A stretch of DNA of 64,000 nucleotides, taken from positions 19,902,001-19,966,000 of the forward strand of contig OZ059895.1 in assembly GCA_964057225.1 (NCBI GenBank), given 5' to 3'. The notes under the pieces were generated by a model. That model made no database searches and was not told the origin of the DNA. It worked only from the letters and a program-made list of their open reading frames with translations. The DNA comes from Auanema rhodensis (Eukaryota > Animalia > Nematoda). The position numbers and the translations under genes are program-made. Shown here one piece after another: positions 1 through 11,700 of this stretch (positions within the stretch are counted from its first letter, which is position 1; the number at the start of each line of letters is the position of its first letter).

Positions 1-351
1 TGTTTTCAGATTTGCGCTAGCTTAAAAATGCACCGAGATATCAACTGATATAAGTTCACACTTACATCCTCGATTTTCACCCTGAAGAATTAATTTTTTC
101 GTTGAATAACATTGTCTATCGTCTTTGCCTTGAAAGAAAGATACTGAAAACATCTACTTTTTGCTAAATTATTTTGAAATTTTTCGAAAAAATTTTTGTC
201 AAAATGTTTTTGGAAGCAATGTTGAGTGTACATGGAAACTCAACATATACTAATGCATCATTTTTCAAACGATCATAACTAATTTTTGTATTAAGCGTTT
301 CTCAATGTAGTATAGTGCATTCGATGCGGATTTTTAAGCTGCGTCGATCTG
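1..351. repeat. Representative satellite monomer (arbitrary register)
   Basis: Hand count gives 110/351 G+C (31%) and 12 CpG. Dense A/T tracts occur at about 147-211. The next copy starts at 352. Confidence 0.98.
219..246. other. 28-bp imperfect palindrome, once per monomer
   Basis: ATGTTGAGTGTACA|TGGAAACTCAACAT has 12 of 14 positions complementary and perfect outer 9-bp arms (ATGTTGAGT/ACTCAACAT). Confidence 0.85.
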
Positions 352-380
352 TGTTTTCAGATTTGCGCTAGCTTAAAAAT
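330..380. other. 51-nt imperfect inverted repeat (hairpin/cruciform-capable), once per monomer
   Basis: ATTTTTAAGCT-GCG-TCG-ATCTG [loop TGTTTT] CAGAT-TTG-CGC-T-AGCTTAAAAAT gives 11+3+5 Watson-Crick pairs, 2 G.T pairs, 1 mismatch and 1 bulge. Confidence 0.85.
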
Positions 381-1755
381 GCACCGAGATATCAACTGAT
401 ATAAGTTCACACTTACATCCTCGATTTTCACCCTGAAGAATTAATTTTTTCGTTGAATAACATTGTCTATCGTCTTTGCCTTGAAAGAAAGATACTGAAA
501 ACATCTACTTTTTGCTAAATTATTTTGAAATTTTTCGAAAAAATTTTTGTCAAAATGTTTTTGGAAGCAATGTTGAATGTACATGGAAACTCAACATATA
601 CTAATGCATCATTTTTCAAACGATCATAACTAATTTTTGTATTGAGCGTTTCTCAATGTAGTATAGTGCATTCGATGCGGATTTTTAAGCTGCGTCGATC
701 TGTGTTTTCAGATTTGCGCTAGCTTAAAAATGCACCGAGATATCAACTGATATAAGTTCACACTTACATCCTCGATTTTCACCCTGAAGAATTAATTTTT
801 TCGTTGAATAACATTGTCCATCGTCTTTGCCTTGAAAGAAAGATACTGAAAACATCTACTTTTTGCTAAATTATTTTGAAGTTTTTCGAAAAAATTTTTG
901 TCAAAATGTTTTTGGAAGCAATGTTGAGTGTACATGGAAACTCAACATATACTAATGCATCATTTTTCAAACGATCATAACTAATTTTTGTATAAAGCGT
1001 TTCTCAATGTAGTATAGTGCATTCGATGCGGATTTTTAAGCTGCGTCGATCTGTGTTTTCAGATTTGCGCTAGCTTAAAAATGCACCGAGATATCAACTG
1101 ATATAAGTTCACACTTACATCCTCGATTTTCACCCTGAAGAATTAATTTTTTCGTTTAATAACATTGTCCATCGTCTTTGCCTTGAAAGAAAGATACTGA
1201 AAACATCTACTTTTTGCTAAATTATTTTGAAATTTTTCGAAAAAATTTTTGTCAAAATGTTTTTGGAAGCAATGTTGAGTGTACATGGAAACTCAACATA
1301 TACTAATGCATCATTTTTTAAACGATCATAACTAATTTTTGTATTAAGCGTTTCTCAATGTAGTATAGTGCATTCGATGCGGATTTTTAAGCTGCGTCGA
1401 TCTGTGTTTTCAGATTTGCGCTAGCTTAAAAATGCACCGAGATATCAACTGATATAAGTTCACACTTACATCCTCGATTTTCACCCTGAAGAATTAATTT
1501 TTTCGTTGAATAACATTGTCCATCGTCTTTGCCTTGAAAAAAAGAATCTGAAAACATCTACTTTTTGCTAAATTATTCTGAAATTTTTCGAAAAAATTCT
1601 TGTCAAAATGTTTTTGGAAGCAATGTTGAATGTACATGGAAACTCAACATATACTAATGCATCATTTTTCAAACGATCATAACTAATTTTTGTATTGAGC
1701 GTTTCTCAATGTAGTATAGTGCATTCGATGCGGATTTTTAAGCTGCGTCGATCTG

Positions 1756-4700
1756 TGTTTTCAGATTTGCGCTAGCTTAAAAATGCACCGAGATATCAAC
1801 TGATATAAGTTCACACTTACATCCTCGATTTTCACCCTGAAGAATTAATTTTTTCGTTGAATAACATTGTCCATCGTCTTTGCCTTGAAAGAAAGATACT
1901 GAAAACATCTACTTTTTGCTAAATTATTTTGAAATTTTTCGAAAAAATTTTTGTCAAAATGTTTTTGGAAGCAATGTTGAGTGTACATGGAAACTCAACA
2001 TACACTAATGCATCATTTTTCAAACGATCATAACTAATTTTTGTATTGAGCGTTTCTCAATGTAGTATAGTGCATTCGATGCGGATTTTTAAGCTGCGTC
2101 GATCTGTGTTTTCAGATTTGCGCTAGCTTAAAAATGCACCGAGATATCAACTGATATAAGTTCACACTTACATCCTCGATTTTCACCCTGAAGAATTAAT
2201 TTTTTCGTTGAATAACATTGTCCATCGTCTTTGCCTTGAAAAAAAGAATCTGAAAACATCTACTTTTTGCTAAATTATTCTGAAATTTTTCGAAAAAATT
2301 TTTGTCAAAATGTTTTTGGAAGCAATGTTGAATGTACATGGAAACTCAACATATACTAATGCATCATTTTTCAAACGATCATAACTAATTTTTGTATTGA
2401 GCGTTTCTCAATGTAGTATAGTGCATTCGATGCGGATTTTTAAGCTGCGTCGATCTGTGTTTTCAGATTTGCGCTAGCTTAAAAATGCACCGAGATATCA
2501 ACTGATATAAGTTCACACTTACATCCTCGATTTTCACCCTGAAGAATTAATTTTTTCGTTGAATAACATTGTCCATCGTCTTTGCCTTGAAAGAAAGATA
2601 CTGAAAACATCTACTTTTTGCTAAATTATTTTGAAATTTTTCGAAAAAATTTTTGTCAAAATGTTTTTGGAAGCAATGTTGAGTGTACATGGAAACTCAA
2701 CATATACTAATGCATCATTTTTCAAACGATCATAACTAATTTTTGTATTAAGCGTTTCTCAATGTAGTATAGTGCATTCGATGCGGATTTTTAAGCTGCG
2801 TCGATCTGTGTTTTCAGATTTGCGCTAGCTTAAAAATGCACCGAGATATCAACTGATATAAGTTCACACTTACATCCTCGATTTTCACCCTGAAGAATTA
2901 ATTTTTTCGTTGAATAACATTGTCCATCGTCTTTGCCTTGAAAGAAAGATACTGAAAACATCTACTTTTTGCTAAATTATTTTGAAATTTTTCGAAAAAA
3001 TTTTTGTCAAAATGTTTTTGGAAGCAATGTTGAGTGTACATGGAAACTCAACATACACTAATGCATCATTTTTCAAACGATCATAACTAATTTTTGTATT
3101 GAGCGTTTCTCAATGTAGTATAGTGCATTCGATGCGGATTTTTAAGCTGCGTCGATCTGTGTTTTCAGATTTGCGCTAGCTTAAAAATGCACCGAGATAT
3201 CAACTGATATAAGTTCACACTTACATCCTCGATTTTCACCCTGAAGAATTAATTTTTTCGTTGAATAACATTGTCCATCGTCTTTGCCTTGAAAAAAAGA
3301 ATCTGAAAACATCTACTTTTTGCTAAATTATTCTGAAATTTTTCGAAAAAATTTTTGTCAAAATGTTTTTGGAAGCAATGTTGAATGTACATGGAAACTC
3401 AACATATACTAATGCATCATTTTTCAAACGATCATAACTAATTTTTGTATTGAGCGTTTCTCAATGTAGTATAGTGCATTCGATGCGGATTTTTAAGCTG
3501 CGTCGATCTGTGTTTTCAGATTTGCGCTAGCTTAAAAATGCACCGAGATATCAACTGATATAAGTTCACACTTACATCCTCGATTTTCACCCTGAAGAAT
3601 TAATTTTTTCGTTGAATAACATTGTCCATCGTCTTTGCCTTGAAAGAAAGATACTGAAAACATCTACTTTTTGCTAAATTATTTTGAAATTTTTCGAAAA
3701 AATTTTTGTCAAAATGTTTTTGGAAGCAATGTTGAGTGTACATGGAAACTCAACATATACTAATGCATCATTTTTCAAACGATCATAACTAATTTTTGTA
3801 TTAAGCGTTTCTCAATGTAGTATAGTGCATTCGATGCGGATTTTTAAGCTGCGTCGATCTGTGTTTTCAGATTTGCGCTAGCTTAAAAATGCACCGAGAT
3901 ATCAACTGATATAAGTTCACACTTACATCCTCGATTTTCACCCTGAAGAATTAATTTTTTCGTTGAATAACATTGTCCATCGTCTTTGCCTTGAAAGAAA
4001 GATACTGAAAACATCTACTTTTTGCTAAATTATTTTGAAATTTTTCGAAAAAATTTTTGTCAAAATGTTTTTGGAAGCAATGTTGAGTGTACATGGAAAC
4101 TCAACATATACTAATGCATCATTTTTCAAACGATCATAACTAATTTTTGTATTAAGCGTTTCTCAATGTAGTATAGTGCATTCGATGCGGATTTTTAAGC
4201 TGCGTCGATCTGTGTTTTCAGATTTGCGCTAGCTTAAAAATGCACCGAGATATCAACTGATATAAGTTCACACTTACATCCTCGATTTTCACCCTGAAGA
4301 ATTAATTTTTTCGTTGAATAACATTGTCCATCGTCTTTGCCTTGAAAGAAAGATACTGAAAACATCTACTTTTTGCTAAATTATTTTGAAATTTTTCGAA
4401 AAAATTTTTGTCAAAATGTTTTTGGAAGCAATGTTGAGTGTACATGGAAACTCAACATACACTAATGCATCATTTTTCAAACGATCATAACTAATTTTTG
4501 TATTGAGCGTTTCTCAATGTAGTATAGTGCATTCGATGCGGATTTTTAAGCTGCGTCGATCTGTGTTTTCAGATTTGCGCTAGCTTAAAAATGCACCGAG
4601 ATATCAACTGATATAAGTTCACACTTACATCCTCGATTTTCACCCTGAAGAATTAATTTTTTCGTTGAATAACATTGTTCATCGTTTTTGCCTTGAAAAA

Positions 4701-7700
4701 AGGAATCTAAAAACATCTACTTTTTGCAAAATTATTTTGAAATTTTTCGAAAAAATTTTTGTGAAAATGTTTTTGGAAGCAATGTTGAGTGTACATGGAA
4801 ACTCAACATACACTAATGCATCATTTTTCAAACGATCATAACTAATTTTTGTATTAAGCTTTTCTCAATGTAGTATAGTGCATTCGATGCGGATTTTTAA
4901 GCTGCGTCGATCTGTGTTATCAGATTTGCGCTAGCTTGAAAATGCACCGAGATATCAACTGATATAAGTTCACACTTACATCCTCGATTTTCACCCTGAA
5001 GAATTAATTTTTTCGTTGAATAACATTGTCCATCGTCTTTGCCTTGAAAGAAAGAATCTGAAAACATCTACTTTTTGCTAATATATTTTGAAATTTTTGA
5101 AAAAATTTTTGTCAAAATGTTTTTGGAAGCAATGTTGAGTGTACATGGAAACTCAACATACACTAATGCATCATTTTTCAAACGATCATAACTAATTTTT
5201 GTATTAAGCGTTTCTCAATGTAGTATAGTGCATTCGATGCGGATTTTTAAGCTGCGTCGATCTGTGTTTTCAGATTTGCGCTAGCTTAAAAATGCACCGA
5301 GATATCAACTGATATAAGTTCACACTTACATCCTCGATTTTCACCCTGAAGAATTAATTTTTTCGTTGAATAACATTGTCCATCGTCTTTGCCTTGAAAG
5401 AAAGATACTGAAAACATCTACTTTTTGCTAAATTATTTTGAAATTTTTCGAAAAAATTTTTGTCAAAATGTTTTTGGAAGCAATGTTGAGTGTACATGGA
5501 AACTCAACATACACTAATGCATCATTTTTCAAACGATCATAACTAATTTTTGTATTGAGCGTTTCTCAATGTAGTATAGTGCATTCGATGCGGATTTTTA
5601 AGCTGCGTCGATCTGTGTTTTCAGATTTGCGCTAGCTTAAAAATGCACCGAGATATCAACTGATATAAGTTCACACTTACATCCTCGATTTTCACCCTGA
5701 AGAATTAATTTTTTCGTTGAATAACATTGTCCATCGTCTTTGCCTTGAAAAAAAGAATCTGAAAACATCTACTTTTTGCTAAATTATTCTGAAATTTTTC
5801 GAAAAAATTTTTGTCAAAATGTTTTTGGAAGCAATGTTGAATGTACATGGAAACTCAACATATACTAATGCATCATTTTTCAAACGATCATAACTAATTT
5901 TTGTATTGAGCGTTTCTCAATGTAGTATAGTGCATTCGATGCGGATTTTTAAGCTGCGTCGATCTGTGTTTTCAGATTTGCGCTAGCTTAAAAATGCACC
6001 GAGATATCAACTGATATAAGTTCACACTTACATCCTCGATTTTCACCCTGAAGAATTAATTTTTTCGTTGAATAACATTGTCCATCGTCTTTGCCTTGAA
6101 AGAAAGATACTGAAAACATCTACTTTTTGCTAAATTATTTTGAAATTTTTCGAAAAAATTTTTGTCAAAATGTTTTTGGAAGCAATGTTGAGTGTACATG
6201 GAAACTCAACATATACTAATGCATCATTTTTCAAACGATCATAACTAATTTTTGTATTAAGCGTTTCTCAATGTAGTATAGTGCATTCGATGCGGATTTT
6301 TAAGCTGCGTCGATCTGTGTTTTCAGATTTGCGCTAGCTTAAAAATGCACCGAGATATCAACTGATATAAGTTCACACTTACATCCTCGATTTTCACCCT
6401 GAAGAATTAATTTTTTCGTTGAATAACATTGTCCATCGTCTTTGCCTTGAAAGAAAGATACTGAAAACATCTACTTTTTGCTAAATTATTTTGAAATTTT
6501 TCGAAAAAATTTTTGTCAAAATGTTTTTGGAAGCAATGTTGAGTGTACATGGAAACTCAACATACACTAATGCATCATTTTTCAAACGATCATAACTAAT
6601 TTTTGTATTGAGCGTTTCTCAATGTAGTATAGTGCATTCGATGCGGATTTTTAAGCTGCGTCGATCTGTGTTTTCAGATTTGCGCTAGCTTAAAAATGCA
6701 CCGAGATATCAACTGATATAAGTTCACACTTACATCCTCGATTTTCACCCTGAAGAATTAATTTTTTCGTTGAATAACATTGTCCATCGTCTTTGCCTTG
6801 AAAAAAAGAATCTGAAAACATCTACTTTTTGCTAAATTATTCTGAAATTTTTCGAAAAAATTTTTGTCAAAATGTTTTTGGAAGCAATGTTGAATGTACA
6901 TGGAAACTCAACATATACTAATGCATCATTTTTCAAACGATCATAACTAATTTTTGTATTGAGCGTTTCTCAATGTAGTATAGTGCATTCGATGCGGATT
7001 TTTAAGCTGCGTCGATCTGTGTTTTCAGATTTGCGCTAGCTTAAAAATGCACCGAGATATCAACTGATATAAGTTCACACTTACATCCTCGATTTTCACC
7101 CTGAAGAATTAATTTTTTCGTTGAATAACATTGTCCATCGTCTTTGCCTTGAAAGAAAGATACTGAAAACATCTACTTTTTGCTAAATTATTTTGAAATT
7201 TTTCGAAAAAATTTTTGTCAAAATGTTTTTGGAAGCAATGTTGAGTGTACATGGAAACTCAACATATACTAATGCATCATTTTTCAAACGATCATAACTA
7301 ATTTTTGTATTAAGCGTTTCTCAATGTAGTATAGTGCATTCGATGCGGATTTTTAAGCTGCGTCGATCTGTGTTTTCAGATTTGCGCTAGCTTAAAAATG
7401 CACCGAGATATCAACTGATATAAGTTCACACTTACATCCTCGATTTTCACCCTGAAGAATTAATTTTTTCGTTGAATAACATTGTCCATCGTCTTTGCCT
7501 TGAAAGAAAGATACTGAAAACATCTACTTTTTGCTAAATTATTTTGAAATTTTTCGAAAAAATTTTTGTCAAAATGTTTTTGGAAGCAATGTTGAGTGTA
7601 CATGGAAACTCAACATATACTAATGCATCATTTTTCAAACGATCATAACTAATTTTTGTATTAAGCGTTTCTCAATGTAGTATAGTGCATTCGATGCGGA

Positions 7701-8773
7701 TTTTTAAGCTGCGTCGATCTGTGTTTTCAGATTTGCGCTAGCTTAAAAATGCACCGAGATATCAACTGATATAAGTTCACACTTACATCCTCGATTTTCA
7801 CCCTGAAGAATTAATTTTTTCGTTGAATAACATTGTCCATCGTCTTTGCCTTGAAAGAAAGATACTGAAAACATCTACTTTTTGCTAAATTATTTTGAAA
7901 TTTTTCGAAAAAATTTTTGTCAAAATGTTTTTGGAAGCAATGTTGAGTGTACATGGAAACTCAACATACACTAATGCATCATTTTTCAAACGATCATAAC
8001 TAATTTTTGTATTGAGCGTTTCTCAATGTAGTATAGTGCATTCGATGCGGATTTTTAAGCTGCGTCGATCTGTGTTTTCAGATTTGCGCTAGCTTAAAAA
8101 TGCACCGAGATATCAACTGATATAAGTTCACACTTACATCCTCGATTTTCACCCTGAAGAATTAATTTTTTCGTTGAATAACATTGTTCATCGTTTTTGC
8201 CTTGAAAAAAGGAATCTAAAAACATCTACTTTTTGCAAAATTATTTTGAAATTTTTCGAAAAAATTTTTGTGAAAATGTTTTTGGAAGCAATGTTGAGTG
8301 TACATGGAAACTCAACATACACTAATGCATCATTTTTCAAACGATCATAACTAATTTTTGTATTAAGCTTTTCTCAATGTAGTATAGTGCATTCGATGCG
8401 GATTTTTAAGCTGCGTCGATCTGTGTTATCAGATTTGCGCTAGCTTGAAAATGCACCGAGATATCAACTGATATAAGTTCACACTTACATCCTCGATTTT
8501 CACCCTGAAGAATTAATTTTTTCGTTGAATAACATTGTCCATCGTCTTTGCCTTGAAAGAAAGAATCTGAAAACATCTACTTTTTGCTAATATATTTTGA
8601 AATTTTTGAAAAAATTTTTGTCAAAATGTTTTTGGAAGCAATGTTGAGTGTACATGGAAACTCAACATACACTAATGCATCATTTTTCAAACGATCATAA
8701 CTAATTTTTGTATTGAGCGTTTCTCAATGTAGTATAATGCATTCGATGCGGATTTTTAAGCTGCGTCGATCTG
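1756..8773. repeat. Tandem 10-monomer duplication (period 3509 bp)
   Basis: The variant order of monomers 1756-5264 is repeated in 5265-8773 (for example GTTC/GTGAAA monomers at 4564 and 8073; 350-bp monomers at 4915 and 8424). Identity ends near 8710. Confidence 0.9.
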
Positions 8774-11700
8774 TGTTATCAGATTTGCGCTAGCTTAAAA
8801 ATGCACCGAGATATCAACTGATATAAGTTAACACTTGTATCCTCGATTTTCACCCTGAAGAATTAATTTTTTTGTTGAATAACATTGTCCATCGTCTTTG
8901 CCTTGAAAGAAAGAATCTGAAAACATCTACTTTTTGCTAAATTATTTTGAAATTTTTCGAAAAAATTTTTGTCAAAATGTTTTTGGAAGCAATGTTGAGT
9001 GTACATGGAAACTCAACATACACTAATGCATCATTTTTCAAACGATCATAACTAATTTTTGTATTGAGCGTTTCTCAATGTAGTATAGTGCATTCGATGC
9101 GGATTTTTAAGCTGCGTCGATCTGTGTTATCAGATTTGCGCTAGCTTAAAAATGCACCGAGATATCAACTGATATATGTTCACACTTAGATCCTCGATTT
9201 TCACCCTGAAGAATTAATTTTTTCGTTGAATAACAATGTCCATCGTCTTTGCCTTGAAAGAAAGAATCTGAAAACATCTACTTTTTGCTAAATTATTTTG
9301 AAATTTTTCGAAAAAATTTTTGTCAAAATGTTTTTGGAAGCAATGTTGAGTGTACATGGAAACTCAACATACACTAATGCATCATTTTGCAAACGATCAT
9401 AACTAATTTCTGTATTGAGCGTTTCTCAATGTAGTATAGTGCAATCGATGCGGATTTTTAAGCTGCGTCGATCTGTGTTATCAGATTTGCGCTAGCTTAA
9501 AAATGCACCGAGATATCAACTGATATAAGTTCACACTTATATCCTCGATTTTCACCCTGAAGAATTAATTTTTTCGTTGAATAGCATTGTCCATCGTTTT
9601 TGCCTTGAAAAAAGGAATCTAAAAACATCTACTTTTTGCAAAATTATTTTGAAATTTTTCGAAAAAATTTTTGTCAAAATGTTTTTGGAAGCAATGTTGA
9701 GTGTACATGGAAACTCAACATACACTAATGCATCATTTTTCAAACGATCATAACTAATTTTTGTATTAAGCTTTTCTCAATGTAGTGTAGTGCATTCGAT
9801 ACGGATTTTTGAGCTGCGTCGATCTGTGTTATCAGATTTGCGCTAGCTTGAAAATGCACCGAGATATCAACTGATATAAGTTCACACTTACATCCTCGAT
9901 TTTCACCCTGAAGAATTAATTTTTTCGTTGAATAACATTGTCCATCGTCTTTGCCTTGAAAGAAAGAATCTGAAAACATCTACTTTTTGCTAATATATTT
10001 TGAAATTTTTGAAAAAATTTTCGTCAAAATGTTTTTGGAAGCAATGTTGAGTGTACATGGAAACTCAACATACACTAATGCATCATTTTTCAAACGATCA
10101 TAACTAATTTTTGTATTAAGCGTTTCTCAATGTAGTATAGTGCATTCGATGCGGATTTTTAAGCTGCGTCGATCTGTGTTTTCAGATTTGCGCTAGCTTA
10201 AAAATGCACCGAGATATCAACTGATATAAGTTCACACTTACATCCTCGATTTTCACCCTGAAGAATTAATTTTTTCGTTGAATAACATTGTCCATCGTCT
10301 TTGCCTTGAAAGAAAGATACTGAAAACATCTACTTTTTGCTAAATTATTTTGAAATTTTTCGAAAAAATTTTTGTCAAAATGTTTTTGGAAGCAATGTTG
10401 AGTGTACATGGAAACTCAACATATACTAATGCATCATTTTTCAAACGATCATAACTAATTTTTGTATTAAGCGTTTCTCAATGTAGTATAGTGCATTCGA
10501 TGCGGATTTTTAAGCTGCGTCGATCTGTGTTTTCAGATTTGCGCTAGCTTAAAAATGCACCGAGATATCAACTGATATAAGTTCACACTTACATCCTCGA
10601 TTTTCACCCTGAAGAATTAATTTTTTCGTTGAATAACATTGTCCATCGTCTTTGCCTTGAAAGAAAGATACTGAAAACATCTACTTTTTGCTAAATTATT
10701 TTGAAATTTTTCGAAAAAATTTTTGTCAAAATGTTTTTGGAAGCAATGTTGAGTGTACATGGAAACTCAACATATACTAATGCATCATTTTTCAAACGAT
10801 CATAACTAATTTTTGTATTAAGCGTTTCTCAATGTAGTATAGTGCATTCGATGCGGATTTTTAAGCTGCGTCGATCTGTGTTTTCAGATTTGCGCTAGCT
10901 TAAAAATGCACCGAGATATCAACTGATATAAGTTCACACTTACATCCTCGATTTTCACCCTGAAGAATTAATTTTTTCGTTGAATAACATTGTCCATCGT
11001 CTTTGCCTTGAAAGAAAGATACTGAAAACATCTACTTTTTGCTAAATTATTTTGAAATTTTTCGAAAAAATTTTTGTCAAAATGTTTTTGGAAGCAATGT
11101 TGAGTGTACATGGAAACTCAACATACACTAATGCATCATTTTTCAAACGATCATAACTAATTTTTGTATTGAGCGTTTCTCAATGTAGTATAGTGCATTC
11201 GATGCGGATTTTTAAGCTGCGTCGATCTGTGTTTTCAGATTTGCGCTAGCTTAAAAATGCACCGAGATATCAACTGATATAAGTTCACACTTACATCCTC
11301 GATTTTCACCCTGAAGAATTAATTTTTTCGTTGAATAACATTGTTCATCGTTTTTGCCTTGAAAAAAGGAATCTAAAAACATCTACTTTTTGCAAAATTA
11401 TTTTGAAATTTTTCGAAAAAATTTTTGTGAAAATGTTTTTGGAAGCAATGTTGAGTGTACATGGAAACTCAACATACACTAATGCATCATTTTTCAAACG
11501 ATCATAACTAATTTTTGTATTAAGCTTTTCTCAATGTAGTATAGTGCATTCGATGCGGATTTTTAAGCTGCGTCGATCTGTGTTATCAGATTTGCGCTAG
11601 CTTGAAAATGCACCGAGATATCAACTGATATAAGTTCACACTTACATCCTCGATTTTCACCCTGAAGAATTAATTTTTTCGTTGAATAACATTGTCCATC

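Noticed and set aside
97-113. CENP-B box-like TTTCGTTGAATAACATT
   Set aside because: It matches TTCG and the central A but lacks the essential CGGG, so only 5 of 9 core positions are present.
147-211. Strict 10-11 bp phasing of A-tracts
   Set aside because: T-runs start at 158, 172, 180, 193 and 207, which is irregular spacing, so phased curvature is not demonstrated.
1-351. Tandem 5S rRNA, tRNA, snRNA or spliced-leader RNA gene unit
   Set aside because: No recognisable 5S sequence, cloverleaf, Pol III A/B/C boxes or spliced-leader sequence on either strand.
1-351. Monomer as a diverged dimer of ~175-bp subunits
   Set aside because: No convincing similarity between the halves by eye, only short A/T-rich matches at inconsistent offsets. 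A self dot plot would be needed to exclude it fully.
1-351. Assignment to Drosophila 1.688 or a Tribolium/tenebrionid satellite
   Set aside because: Only length and AT content are similar. I cannot support sequence identity without a database search.
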